Shown here: positions 28,707 through 39,469 of the stretch, in pieces
Layout: each line of letters begins with the position of its first letter
How positions within the stretch are numbered: position 1 is the first letter of the stretch
From: Ostreococcus lucimarinus
Lineage: Eukaryota
Assembly (NCBI GenBank): GCA_000092065.1
Contig: CP000594.1
Reading direction: 5' to 3' (one strand)
DNA: 64,000 bases
Made by a program: the position numbers and the translations under genes
The notes under the pieces: model-generated
What the model was told of the DNA's origin: nothing
What the model saw: only the letters and a program-made list of their open reading frames with translations
The model's database searches: none

Positions 28707-31700
28707 TCAGAGCATTCGGCTGGCGCGCTGCGCTGCGCGCGCGCGCGCAGCGGCGCGGCGGTCCGTCGGCGCGGTTTCAGTCGACGGCTCGGTCGCCGCT
28801 CGGTTATTCCGGCGCGGCGGTTCGACGACGTCGTTCGCGCGCGCGTCGGAGTCGCTCAGTTCGAGCGACTCTTTGGACTCGTCCACGTCGCCGTGGGAGT
28901 CGGAGTCGCCACCGGCGAGCTTGGTTGTATTCGGCGCGTCTTCGCCGAAACCAAAAGAGCGCATCATAGCGCGTGATTCGCGCTTTTCGATGCGACGTTG
29001 GACTCGCCAGCGAGAGTCATCCATTTTTTCTCGCCATGTCATTCGTCGACCAGATGAAGACTCTGGATCGTGCGTAACGTCGACGTGGGCCGTCGCGTTG
29101 ATTTCTTCTTGCATCACGGCTTCGAGCTCGGCGACCTTTTCGGTAGCGCTGAGCTCGTCGCGCATCTTGGTCATTTCAAAGTAGTCGTACGTGAACGGAT
29201 CAACGCTCGTCGACGCTGCGTTCGACGTCGCGGTAATAGATGATGTCGATGGTTTTCTTGGCGGTTTCGTCGGTGACTCGAGCATGATATCGGCCGACGG
29301 CGGCGTCCACGAAACCGAATCGCGCGCCGGGAGTCGCGGCGGTCGCGGGATGTAACCTGGCGGATACAAAGGCGCCGGCTTTTCGATCGATTCTTTTTCG
29401 GTTCGCTCGCTTTGTCGCGCCAGACGTAATTGTTGCGCGATGATTTCGTTGTACTGCGCCACGCGGGCCTCGACGCTGTCACGAGCTGCTTTTTCTCCTG
29501 TGGCGGCGTAGGCGGAATCGTCGCTCGCCACAGATTTGCGCTCACCCTCGCTCGAGTGCGACGCCACTTCGAACTCATCTTCAGAGGACCCACCGATGGC
29601 GGTGTTTTTCCTGCGCCAGCGCTCGTGATCGATCGCCTTGAGCTTGCGCTCGAGCGCGAGCGCTTCAATTTCGTGATCCCGATGCGCCGATTGATCCACC
29701 ATTGACGACTTGCGTGCTTGCCATTTGTTCCGCAAACTCTCCAAATGCACGCTGAGCTGAAGATGTCTCAGCTTTAAATCGTTCGCACCGGCTTTAGATA
29801 ACTCTTCTACCAGCACTTGATCGTCAAAAGCGGCGATCAGTTTCTCAGCCATTCGCGGATGCAACGCACGCGACGCCGCGTGGGTATCCACGATCGCACG
29901 TTTCACCGCCTCGCGTCTGTACGCGTGCTCGTCTTCGATTTCTTTTCGCTCAGCTTCTATCTTAGCCGCGATGACCTCGTCTTTGACGTCTCCGCGCACA
30001 GAGCGCAAGACTGTGATACAAAAGTTCAAATTCAACGCGTAAATGAGCAACGCTGCGATGACGGAGGCTGCTTGGTGCTTCACCGTGGACATCAACGCCC
30101 CGGCGTTGTAACTCACCAAAATTGTTGTCAGCGATGCGATCTCTACCTTGCGGTGTTGATCCTTCTCGTAAATGTCCAAAATCAACACCAACGCGAGGTA
30201 GCTTTGTAAGATGCCGATGGAGATGTACGCCGCGAGAAGCGGAGTTTCAGGAAGGAGCACCGAAGCTGCGACGAGCAAGCCTTTCCGCATCATCACCACG
30301 AATTCCCAGTAATACCTTTCTTGCGTGAATCCGATGTAAAGAAAGCCGTACAGCGCTTTTGTCTTTGCCCAGCGTAATTGATTCCGATGTCGTTTCAGCG
30401 CTCCAAGGATGAAATACGGAAATCCGAAGACGAATATCGAGGCTAAAATGAAATATCCATACATCGTCATCTTGTATCGAGCGTTATCAGTGCGCACGTT
30501 GTAATCGATGAACAAAAATCGTCCGATACCCTCGACAGAGGTCGAACGAATCATCTGCATGATGTTGGTAAAGATTGGGTACCAGCACATGGCGAGCGTC
30601 ACGGCTTTAAACAACCCGTTGGTGATGTCGCCCGCTGACGGCGCGAGCACTTCGAGTTCGTCCTCGGTCCATTGCTGGACAATATATCCTTCTTTATTCA
30701 CCTTTGTGAGAAGTTGCAACTTGTACGCATCCGGTTCGGAATCATTTAAATCTGGCGCGCGTTTCATGCGATCCAACTGGAATCGCAATCCTTCGACGTC
30801 TTCGCCCTCCCTTCTCGCGTTAATGTACGCCGACTCCAACGCATGCCTCTTTTCGTACCACTCACTTCGTAGTTTGAAGAACGCCGTCAGGCGAAGGTAT
30901 AAATAAAGAGGCACACACAGCGCCGCGAAGATGCCGACCGTGCCAAAACTGTACGTCGTGTACTGAATGTGATTCCACTTTGACACGCAATCCGTCGCAA
31001 ACGCCTTGATCGACGTCGTGGACGTGAGCCTGGCGAGCGGGAACAGCACGCCGACGACGTCTGGCCACCCGAGGTTGATCGTTCCGAGCGTTGCAAGCAT
31101 GTGAAAGTGAGAGACGATGACCTTGGTGTAGACGATTTGCGCTGGTAATGCGCTCCGCGCGGCGCGACAAATCAACAACATGGAGACGATTTGGACAATC
31201 GTGAGGACGAACAAGCTCATACCGCTTAGCCATTTTGGCCAACATTTCGTGCACCGCAGCGACGTTTCAAGCGAGCGCGAGTCTTCTAGACTGGCATACT
31301 CTTTTCGCGCATCACACGTACCACACAGCGTCCCAGAGTAACCGATGTTACACAATTCGTCGCCTTCACCGACGCCGCCTTTGCAGCTGTACGGTGATCG
31401 ACACCTTAGCACGCCCAACTTTGTCTCGTCGGCGCGCCAGTTGCCTTCCGAGAGAGATAATTTTGTGATGTCTCGTGAATCGCACACCGCGCCATCGGGA
31501 CAAGATCCACACTCGTACGCGTCGTACGGCTCCAATCTGTAATAACGCGTATACGTCGTCGTTCCATTTTGCGCCGGTCCAGTGAGTGTGCACTGACACG
31601 AGGTTTTGTTCACGTTTGCGAGATGGCCCGGAAGTGTTTCCCCGCTCGAAGTCACGTGCATCTGGCGCGGTTTGCCATCTTCGCCGGTGTACGTGTTCAT

Positions 31701-34700
31701 CCGTATCGGACACGCATCGCACAGTGCTGGTCCACTACCGGTTTTGTAAAAACCCGCCGCGCACGGCACACACGCACCGTACGGCCGCAACGAAGTTATG
31801 AAGCTCGAAATCCTGGATGGGTCGACTTGAGCGTAGAGACCTGGATAACTCGATACTGAAACTGACGGAGGTTGATAACCCGATCCTGAGGCGTCTTCCG
31901 TATATCCTGGATAACACTCGCACGAACCATTGGAGGTAGACTGCGAATGTGGCTTTACTGTGCTGCACGGAAAGAGCGTGAGTCCACCGGTAACGTTGAG
32001 CTCGGCGGTGCCAAGCTTAAACATAAGACTGTACGTCGTCCCGCGCCGACCGATGACTGTCAAATCTTTGAACGTCGCGAGACCGTTCGAGACGCGTTCT
32101 GACCCTCCGATCACCGCATATGGAGCCGGCGTTACTGTTACCGTCACATTATCCACTGAGTTTGTCACGACGTTGCCCGAAATATCGTAAACGGTGATTT
32201 CAAACGTTGGAAGCGATACGTTGCTGTCATAGCTCGATGGAATGCGCTGCGTACCGAACTCAAGCCTGTACGGATCTCCGGGCTCGATGATGACTTCCAG
32301 AGCATCGCCAATGAGAACCAAGTTTTGCGTTGACGTGCACTCGTTGGCTTGACATTCAGACTGAAATTCTAGCACGTAACGCCCTGCGAGCGGGCGAATG
32401 AATTTCAGCCCCGTTGCGGTGCCGACAAATCCAGGGTCGCTTCGCACGCCGTAAAAGTCCAAACCAGTCCCCGTGGTGCCAGCGACATTCGGAGGTGAAA
32501 GTCCACCAAGCGAGCGTAAATATGCGGTCTCAGCGGCGAGCTTGTTCTCGCTCGCTTCGCTACTATCTGGCGAGCAAAAGCTCTTTGCGCGATTGCTCTC
32601 TGTGCCATCGGCGCACCACGCCGCTACACCATTGACGATGTAAAGGGCGCCCACACTCACTGATCGTGAATTGCTCGGCGAACAACCAATTGTGGCGTCC
32701 GCGCACGATACGCTTGTTTCATCGGCGATGAGCGGTGACGTCACCGTTGTGGTGGACGTCGTCACTCCTGTGGCGCTCAGTGCGTACTGTTTTAGGTTGA
32801 CGTTGACGGCTCGGCGGGCTTCGGCGGTGTCCAACGAAGAGCCCATGAGTAATCCACCGGCGTCACGTGTGACGACAAAAATGTCAGTAAGATCGACGAC
32901 GTCTGCACTTTTGTATGGACGTGTATCTGTGCACAAACCGACGGGGAATTCCACGGTGACGTCAGCGCGAGCGCAATTTGGGCAACCGCACGCGTCCAGA
33001 GATGAAATATCGCCAGCCTTGATGAGAATGTCGAACGAATATGGCGTGAGGACCACGGGTGAAGGTGTCGACACAGTTACTCGATATGTCCCAGCGACGG
33101 GATTGTAGAGCCTGATGCCAGAGATTAGTCCAACGCCCGACGAGGTGGCGTATTGGCTGATTTCGGGCGGCTGCGAAAATGGGTCTTGCGTTGTCGACGT
33201 CACGTATTTTATGCCCACGCTCACATGTCGCAAGATCCCAAAGTCAGCGCTCGTGACTTCGTTTGCACCACCATCGGTAACCGTCACCGCAAACGGGGCT
33301 AATATCAGAACTCGTGCCGCCATGAGCGTTGTCGGACGACTGTACGTGGCGTCGTTTGGAGTTGGATAGCCACGCGAGCTCGGCACATTAAGTTGACTCG
33401 CATCGCCGAGGGTGATTGCCACGGCCACGCTATCCGATATCAACCCATCGCCTGCAAATGTCAAGACATACTGACCTACTTCCAGCGCTTGCGCGGTGAT
33501 GCCAGTAAATTTAACGATGGATCGTCCCATCGGCGCTGTAACCGATTTCGTAGCGTACGCTTGCGTCGTAAACGTCCTAGTCGAGTTGAATGAGGAACGT
33601 AAAGTCGCCGTGATAACCTTTGTGAACTGGTTGCTTTCCAATAACGTCCCACCAGCATCTTGCATGTGCACAGTGAATTCATCAAATAAAATGAGAGCAC
33701 TTGATTTGTATGAAGTCACGGTTTCGATGGTTGAGACGTGCTCTAGCTTCGCCGGAACACCTTCGATGATTTTCACCGTCATATCGTACGAGCTCAAGCC
33801 AGACGTGGAAAATCGGATGACATGCGTGCCCTGTGGTGGCGAACTGAGATAGAAATTACTCAGTACCACGGTCCCTGCGACTGTCGTACTACTTGTCGTA
33901 CCGAGCAACTGCGCGGTGCTATCCACCACGGAGATGGTCAAAGTGCGATTGACGCCGTCTTCGGCGAGCAGTTTGTTGCCCGCGGCGTCCACGACGTTCA
34001 GAACGAACGGTTCCGATGCACGACCAATAAGGGTGTAAGTCGATGACTTGAGCCCCACTTGACCGACCAAGCCTTCAAAGGAGTCCGGGAAGACGACGTC
34101 GAGCGACGCGGCAGAGCCCGGCCAAACGTCGTATGACACATCCACGTCAACCAAACCGGGGGATTTAAAGGTAACGATTGCCTTTCCACCGTGAATGGTG
34201 GACTTTGGAAGTCGAAATGCGATGTCGCTGAACGTCGCTGTGCCACTACTGATGGCTTTCGTGTGCGTTTGAGGTTGTGTCGCCGCGCACGCGTTTCCAG
34301 ACAACACACACGGATTCGTCCTGGCGACGTCAAACACTGCCTCAATCGTTCCGGCACAGCTCGCGTCGCCGGTGACACAGGTAGGAGAATACGCGCTCCC
34401 GACCAAATTATCGCCGCCATCCATAACGACAATGACGATTGGGCTCAAGACCACGAGCGCCGCTGACCTATACTGCGTACAAGTACACGAGGAACCACTT
34501 CGCAGGAGCGTCGTTGTCGTCGTACACAATCCTGTCCCTGTGTCGCGATATTGCACGTAATAATCATCGCAAGGCGCTCGTATAGCGAGATGGTGTGCGC
34601 GCCCGAGAGTCACAGTGATAGACTGCGTGAGATTCGAAAACGCTGGCATCGCTGGCACGTGAAATTTCAGCGTGTGCGTACCCACCTTTGCTCGTTCAAG

Positions 34701-37700
34701 CGCCAATCCCGCGAAAGTCACCGCGTTTGTCGCGACGTCAAAACTCGGACTCAATCCAGTCGACACAGCCAGCGGATCAGGAATGACAAACGCATGTCGT
34801 GTCGCAACCGTGGCATTATACGTCAAGTAATCGCTCTTCACCCCGATAGCATCGCTTGAGACGCCGGATGTGAACTCAAGGTACGCCACGACAGGAGTGT
34901 CCCCTAAAACGTAATTGACTCCATTTGCGTGCGCGTCGTACATTTGAAAATCGAACGCATCCAGAGGGACGTAATATGCCGCCGCGTAACGTCGAAACGT
35001 CGACATATTCATCACGCCAAACTCTGGTTCGTAAGTCGTCACTGGGGAGTTCGTGAGCGCAAAGCTACTCGGTACGCCTGACGTGACGGTGATGTTGAAG
35101 TTCAAATCCACGAGCGGCGAGGTGTTCGTGGACATGACGTTTCCAGAACTATCCTTCAGCGTGTTAGTCGTCGAAGAACACGTGATTCCGTGCACACCCA
35201 GCGTGACGGAAGACAAAGTCAAACCGGTGAGTACGGCGGCCCCAGTGCTCAAAGTATTGCCCGTGAGCGTTCCTGAAATAGAAAGTGTCGAGCTGGTGCA
35301 TGCGAAGGCGCGATCAACTGTGTACGAGAGCGTTGACGCATCATAACGGTCGTTCGCGCCCAAGAAGCTTCCCCCAATATCCGCCACATAAATCGTCAAA
35401 TCGCCCAGAGGCGTCGACGATCCGGCATAACGTATGTCAGAGCCGAACTCGAGGGTATGTTTCCACTGATGACCGATGTTGCCTTCGACCAGCTGAACGA
35501 GTTGCTTTGCCGGGCGAATGTAATCCGAACCAGTCGCGTAAAAGGCGATTACGTAATACCCAGCCGGTTGGACATCGAGCGTGATACTATTCGCTGCGAA
35601 CGTCCAAGTGGCTGTTCCAGTTGAATCCGTGACGCTCGTCGTGGAAGTCGGTTCGAGCGTGAAAGAGTCGCCGTATGCCCGAACGTCAACCGAGGCACCA
35701 GACTCCGGCGGCGATGTGATCAAATTATTTCCAGCGTCGTACAATCGCACCGTGATCGCGTTTGGGATGGTCAGCGTCGTTGAAGACGTCGTCATTGAGG
35801 GCACGATATGGTTATCTATCTCCAAATATCTCGGTCGACCGACCACAGTGGTGAATGCGGATATTGCCGAACCAAAGGACGCAGAGAATAGAAATCTGTA
35901 CGTCGCGTCCGCATCGTTTACTCCCCTGGACGCCGCAGGGTAGGTTAGATTGTTTACGAATATCGTTTTACCGGGTGTTCTCGCACCGATCGGTGCAGGA
36001 TTGAGAAGCTTCAAGTCACGGAATACCGCCACGCCTCGATGCGTAGACACTGTCGTGGAGCCATTGATAATCGATCCAGAGGTTCGCGGAGCGTTTGACG
36101 CGTCCACAGATGTCACCGAGATTGAGTGCGAAACTTCGTCAAAGTTGTGCAACCTGTTGCCTGCGGCGTCTAACACGTACACGTTTACGACGCCGACGTC
36201 GGATTCCTCATTAGTGGGCACCACCAATGTGTTTGTTGAGCTCGGTATCGCGGCCAATCCTACAGGCGCTCCAGGCACGACGGTGAAATGGAACGTCGTC
36301 GCCATCGCAAGGGCAATGCAACTTGAACCAGTGCAGTCTTCACCGATGACATCGACGACATAATTACCCATCCGCAAAGGTGCGCTAAAACGTAATTGAA
36401 ACGTTGCCTTACCATCCAAAGTGGTGATGGTGGACGGCACCGTCGTCATCGTCACCCCTGGTGTATCCGTGGAGAGCGAGGTGTTTAGCGTCGCCGTGAT
36501 TTTAAATCCCCGCGTCCCGCCAACGCCAAGATCATCCGCGATGACGGTGCCTCTGTTATCCACCAAGTTCACCGTCATCGCGTCGAGCGTCATTGTCGAC
36601 GCGCCAGCATCTTTCGTTGACTCATACGCAGTGTGAGCGATGTTTTGTCGCGCGTGCGTCACGCGAAGACCATTCGGCGTTCTATGCAGCGCTAGGGCGA
36701 CGCCGGTATGATAATCCACCCCATTCATGCTAAAATCCACCGTCACCGACGTCGGTGGCGGGTCTAACAACCACGGCATTTTCACGTGGTAGTCTCCACA
36801 TCCGTTTGCGCTCGTCGAAGGACAGAGGGGACACGTGACGCGTGTCGAGTTGACGTACGCCGCGTCCAACACGCTCTGAGCGCCGAATCGACATTTGAGC
36901 ACGCCGTCGACGAATGGACCGCCATCGATAGCAATTACCGCTGGATCCCCATTCGGTACTTCTCCCGTAAATAGCACCGAAGGCACGTGTGAATTCGTTA
37001 CCGACGTCGCGACGAGATTCGGCGGGTCGTAATACATGTAATTTGCCATTCCGCCGACCCATATAGAGTTTTCAAAAAACGTCGCGAGCGCGCTGCGATC
37101 GTCCGGATAACCCTCAAAACTGATACTGACGGCCGATATGTACGTACCGGTCGCCGCGAACGCACTGTACGACGGCGCATCGCATTCGATCGTTGTCGAA
37201 TTCACCAGTTTGGCTGGCACATACACGGGCGAACCGTCGTTCAAAAATCGGCACGCCACGCGGTGCGACAGAGTGTCGTCCGGGGCCCAGGAAGAGTCGT
37301 ATGGAAACCCAACACCACGAATCGTGAGCGTTGTCCCACCCGCCTTGGGTCCTCTTGAAGGGGAAATATCATCGATTTCTGTCACGGAGAAGCTTTGGTA
37401 CGAGATTTCTGCGTCCGAAACATTGTACGTCCCTGTGAACAACGCACCCATGCTTGGGATCGTCGTCATCGCACCGATCGGTCTTGTCGACGCCGTCGAC
37501 CCTTGAACTTCCATGCACGCCGATCCGACGCAGTTGGCATCCGGGAATACTTTGACTTTTACTATGCGCGTCGGAGCATTCACGTCTGACGCGTCCTGGC
37601 TCGTGAGGACGTACAGCGTCCCTCCACTCGCACCCCCATCGCTCACTGTCTCGATGGCGAGCGCATCCCTAACTAAACTACCACTCGTTCCTAACTTGAC

Positions 37701-39071
37701 GTGTTCTATCGCCGAGCTCGTGTTGTTGAATGATTTTCTAACCCGGTATACGCACGAGATGCGACTGACGCACGTTGCGCCGCACATCGCGCCGTTGTAA
37801 GGCGCACTCGATGTCGCGACGTAAGCATAATCTCCCATCACTCCGAGCGCGGTAAACGCGGTATACCTTCCGAGATAGCTCGACGAAAGCAAAGAATGAC
37901 CTTCGCACGCCGCGTCGATGGCGGTGGCGTCTTTAAAGTACAGCTCCCCATCCGCCGCGATTACGCTCTCGCTCGAGTACGGATTCAGGCGAACAATCGC
38001 GGGATAATCTTGCGCCGAACTAGCCTTCGCGCGACCTGCGAGAAACATATCGACGCCACCACCAGTTGTGCCGACCGTGACCGCCTCGGTGAACTTACCT
38101 GCGTCTCGTCTGTTGTGGCACGCCTCGCACGCCGCGCGCAGCGTCGGCAACGATATATCCTTCGCGCTCGGCGCTGCGTCGATACCGCTCGAATACACCA
38201 GCACGCGACCAAGCGCGCTCACCGCTGTGGGTGTTACTTTTAAAATCAAATCATCGTCCGTGCCCATGGCCGCAACGTCGACGATGTATCCATCCGTGGT
38301 TTTCTCGTGACGATTTCTAATCGTCCCGCCGCCCGACGCCAAATCTGACCACACGACGTAACCGTATTCAACTGGCTGCCCCGCCCTTCGCACCCACGCG
38401 TTTGCGATGGCGTATATCACATCACTCGTCGCGCTCGCGACGACGATCGGTCCGCGCATGGCTATCGTCGACCACCCGTCGCTCGTCGCCGCGTCGCCGC
38501 GCGGATGCCCGCACGACCCCTTCCATCCGTTTGGCACAGGATCATCCACGTCGAGCACGATCGTCCCATTCGCCTGCGGCCGCGCGGGCCAACGCGTGGG
38601 TTCATTCGCGTTCCACGCCCGCGCGCTCGCATCGCCCAACCGCGCGTAATGATCCACGCACAGCGCGTCTCGCCCGCCCATCGCGACGACTTCTCGCGTC
38701 CCCGCCGCGCGCGCCGTCGCGCACGTCACCTCCCGCGGCGCCGCCCCGACCCCCGTCGCCATCACCGGCGCCATCGCCGCGTACCACGTCTCCCGCACCG
38801 TCCTTCCATCGACCTCGACGACGCGCTCGAACGTCTCCACCGCGTCTCTCGCCGCGCCGCAGTCGACGCCGTCCCGGTCCGCGCGGCAGCGACACGTCTC
38901 ATCGATCTCGCACGTCCCGTACGACCGCTGCGCCAGGCACTCGCGCGGGCAAAAGCTATACGCGTACCCTTCGCGCGCGCTCGCGCCCAGTGATCCGCAC
39001 AGCAGCGCCAGCGCGCGCGTCACCGCGCGCGTTCGTCGCGCCGCGTGTGTCGGTTGCGCGCGCGACGACAT
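28707..39071 (-). CDS. Giant (3454 aa) extracellular IPT/TIG-repeat protein with EGF-like N-terminus, multi-pass TM region and charged coiled-coil tail
   Basis: ATG verified at 39069-39071, followed by a signal peptide (ALALLCGSLGASA), then Cys-rich CPRECLAQRSYGTCEIDETCRCRADRDGVDCG. Numerous Ig-like IPT/TIG units (e.g. ISPSRGPKAGGTTLTIRGVGF, AIDGGPFVDGVLKCRFG). At least 8 hydrophobic helices follow, starting WLSGMSLFVLTIVQIVSMLLI. Final 450 aa are Lys/Glu/Arg-rich coiled coil. One uninterrupted 10.4-kb ORF. Confidence 0.8.
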   Translation of the reverse strand: MSSRAQPTHAARRTRAVTRALALLCGSLGASAREGYAYSFCPRECLAQRSYGTCEIDETCRCRADRDGVDCGAARDAVETFERVVEVDGRTVRETWYAAMAPVMATGVGAAPREVTCATARAAGTREVVAMGGRDALCVDHYARLGDASARAWNANEPTRWPARPQANGTIVLDVDDPVPNGWKGSCGHPRGDAATSDGWSTIAMRGPIVVASATSDVIYAIANAWVRRAGQPVEYGYVVWSDLASGGGTIRNRHEKTTDGYIVDVAAMGTDDDLILKVTPTAVSALGRVLVYSSGIDAAPSAKDISLPTLRAACEACHNRRDAGKFTEAVTVGTTGGGVDMFLAGRAKASSAQDYPAIVRLNPYSSESVIAADGELYFKDATAIDAACEGHSLLSSSYLGRYTAFTALGVMGDYAYVATSSAPYNGAMCGATCVSRISCVYRVRKSFNNTSSAIEHVKLGTSGSLVRDALAIETVSDGGASGGTLYVLTSQDASDVNAPTRIVKVKVFPDANCVGSACMEVQGSTASTRPIGAMTTIPSMGALFTGTYNVSDAEISYQSFSVTEIDDISPSRGPKAGGTTLTIRGVGFPYDSSWAPDDTLSHRVACRFLNDGSPVYVPAKLVNSTTIECDAPSYSAFAATGTYISAVSISFEGYPDDRSALATFFENSIWVGGMANYMYYDPPNLVATSVTNSHVPSVLFTGEVPNGDPAVIAIDGGPFVDGVLKCRFGAQSVLDAAYVNSTRVTCPLCPSTSANGCGDYHVKMPWLLDPPPTSVTVDFSMNGVDYHTGVALALHRTPNGLRVTHARQNIAHTAYESTKDAGASTMTLDAMTVNLVDNRGTVIADDLGVGGTRGFKITATLNTSLSTDTPGVTMTTVPSTITTLDGKATFQLRFSAPLRMGNYVVDVIGEDCTGSSCIALAMATTFHFTVVPGAPVGLAAIPSSTNTLVVPTNEESDVGVVNVYVLDAAGNRLHNFDEVSHSISVTSVDASNAPRTSGSIINGSTTVSTHRGVAVFRDLKLLNPAPIGARTPGKTIFVNNLTYPAASRGVNDADATYRFLFSASFGSAISAFTTVVGRPRYLEIDNHIVPSMTTSSTTLTIPNAITVRLYDAGNNLITSPPESGASVDVRAYGDSFTLEPTSTTSVTDSTGTATWTFAANSITLDVQPAGYYVIAFYATGSDYIRPAKQLVQLVEGNIGHQWKHTLEFGSDIRYAGSSTPLGDLTIYVADIGGSFLGANDRYDASTLSYTVDRAFACTSSTLSISGTLTGNTLSTGAAVLTGLTLSSVTLGVHGITCSSTTNTLKDSSGNVMSTNTSPLVDLNFNITVTSGVPSSFALTNSPVTTYEPEFGVMNMSTFRRYAAAYYVPLDAFDFQMYDAHANGVNYVLGDTPVVAYLEFTSGVSSDAIGVKSDYLTYNATVATRHAFVIPDPLAVSTGLSPSFDVATNAVTFAGLALERAKVGTHTLKFHVPAMPAFSNLTQSITVTLGRAHHLAIRAPCDDYYVQYRDTGTGLCTTTTTLLRSGSSCTCTQYRSAALVVLSPIVIVVMDGGDNLVGSAYSPTCVTGDASCAGTIEAVFDVARTNPCVLSGNACAATQPQTHTKAISSGTATFSDIAFRLPKSTIHGGKAIVTFKSPGLVDVDVSYDVWPGSAASLDVVFPDSFEGLVGQVGLKSSTYTLIGRASEPFVLNVVDAAGNKLLAEDGVNRTLTISVVDSTAQLLGTTSSTTVAGTVVLSNFYLSSPPQGTHVIRFSTSGLSSYDMTVKIIEGVPAKLEHVSTIETVTSYKSSALILFDEFTVHMQDAGGTLLESNQFTKVITATLRSSFNSTRTFTTQAYATKSVTAPMGRSIVKFTGITAQALEVGQYVLTFAGDGLISDSVAVAITLGDASQLNVPSSRGYPTPNDATYSRPTTLMAARVLILAPFAVTVTDGGANEVTSADFGILRHVSVGIKYVTSTTQDPFSQPPEISQYATSSGVGLISGIRLYNPVAGTYRVTVSTPSPVVLTPYSFDILIKAGDISSLDACGCPNCARADVTVEFPVGLCTDTRPYKSADVVDLTDIFVVTRDAGGLLMGSSLDTAEARRAVNVNLKQYALSATGVTTSTTTVTSPLIADETSVSCADATIGCSPSNSRSVSVGALYIVNGVAAWCADGTESNRAKSFCSPDSSEASENKLAAETAYLRSLGGLSPPNVAGTTGTGLDFYGVRSDPGFVGTATGLKFIRPLAGRYVLEFQSECQANECTSTQNLVLIGDALEVIIEPGDPYRLEFGTQRIPSSYDSNVSLPTFEITVYDISGNVVTNSVDNVTVTVTPAPYAVIGGSERVSNGLATFKDLTVIGRRGTTYSLMFKLGTAELNVTGGLTLFPCSTVKPHSQSTSNGSCECYPGYTEDASGSGYQPPSVSVSSYPGLYAQVDPSRISSFITSLRPYGACVPCAAGFYKTGSGPALCDACPIRMNTYTGEDGKPRQMHVTSSGETLPGHLANVNKTSCQCTLTGPAQNGTTTYTRYYRLEPYDAYECGSCPDGAVCDSRDITKLSLSEGNWRADETKLGVLRCRSPYSCKGGVGEGDELCNIGYSGTLCGTCDARKEYASLEDSRSLETSLRCTKCWPKWLSGMSLFVLTIVQIVSMLLICRAARSALPAQIVYTKVIVSHFHMLATLGTINLGWPDVVGVLFPLARLTSTTSIKAFATDCVSKWNHIQYTTYSFGTVGIFAALCVPLYLYLRLTAFFKLRSEWYEKRHALESAYINARREGEDVEGLRFQLDRMKRAPDLNDSEPDAYKLQLLTKVNKEGYIVQQWTEDELEVLAPSAGDITNGLFKAVTLAMCWYPIFTNIMQMIRSTSVEGIGRFLFIDYNVRTDNARYKMTMYGYFILASIFVFGFPYFILGALKRHRNQLRWAKTKALYGFLYIGFTQERYYWEFVVMMRKGLLVAASVLLPETPLLAAYISIGILQSYLALVLILDIYEKDQHRKVEIASLTTILVSYNAGALMSTVKHQAASVIAALLIYALNLNFCITVLRSVRGDVKDEVIAAKIEAERKEIEDEHAYRREAVKRAIVDTHAASRALHPRMAEKLIAAFDDQVLVEELSKAGANDLKLRHLQLSVHLESLRNKWQARKSSMVDQSAHRDHEIEALALERKLKAIDHERWRRKNTAIGGSSEDEFEVASHSSEGERKSVASDDSAYAATGEKAARDSVEARVAQYNEIIAQQLRLARQSERTEKESIEKPAPLYPPGYIPRPPRLPARDSVSWTPPSADIMLESPTKPPRKPSTSSITATSNAASTSVDPFTYDYFEMTKMRDELSATEKVAELEAVMQEEINATAHVDVTHDPESSSGRRMTWREKMDDSRWRVQRRIEKRESRAMMRSFGFGEDAPNTTKLAGGDSDSHGDVDESKESLELSDSDARANDVVEPPRRNNRAATEPSTETAPTDRRAAARARAAQRASRML

Positions 39072-39469
39072 CGGCGTCTTCGTCGCGCGTTCGCGTCGTC
39101 TTCAGCGCATCGCACTCGATGTCCGCGCGTCGGGCGATGCGCGACGGTGCGTTTTATCCGCGCGTCGCGTCGCGTCGCGTCGTCGCGTCGCGCGCGCGTC
39201 GCGGTTCGGCGTCGCGCGTCATTCCCCCGCGGCTCAGTCTCGTTCGGCTCTTGGATACAACACGGAACGTGCGCGCACATCGAATCGTCGCGCTTGACCG
39301 GCGCGCGGGAGACGCGCGCGCGGCGAGAGCGCGACGCCGCGCGCGCGATCGCGGTCGATCGTGATTCGAACCGCGCGCGACGGCGCGCGGGAGCGAACGC
39401 GGACGTCGACGCGCGGGCGCGAAGGCGCGCGCGTCGGGAGACGCGAGACGTCTCTTCGTATCCCTCGCG

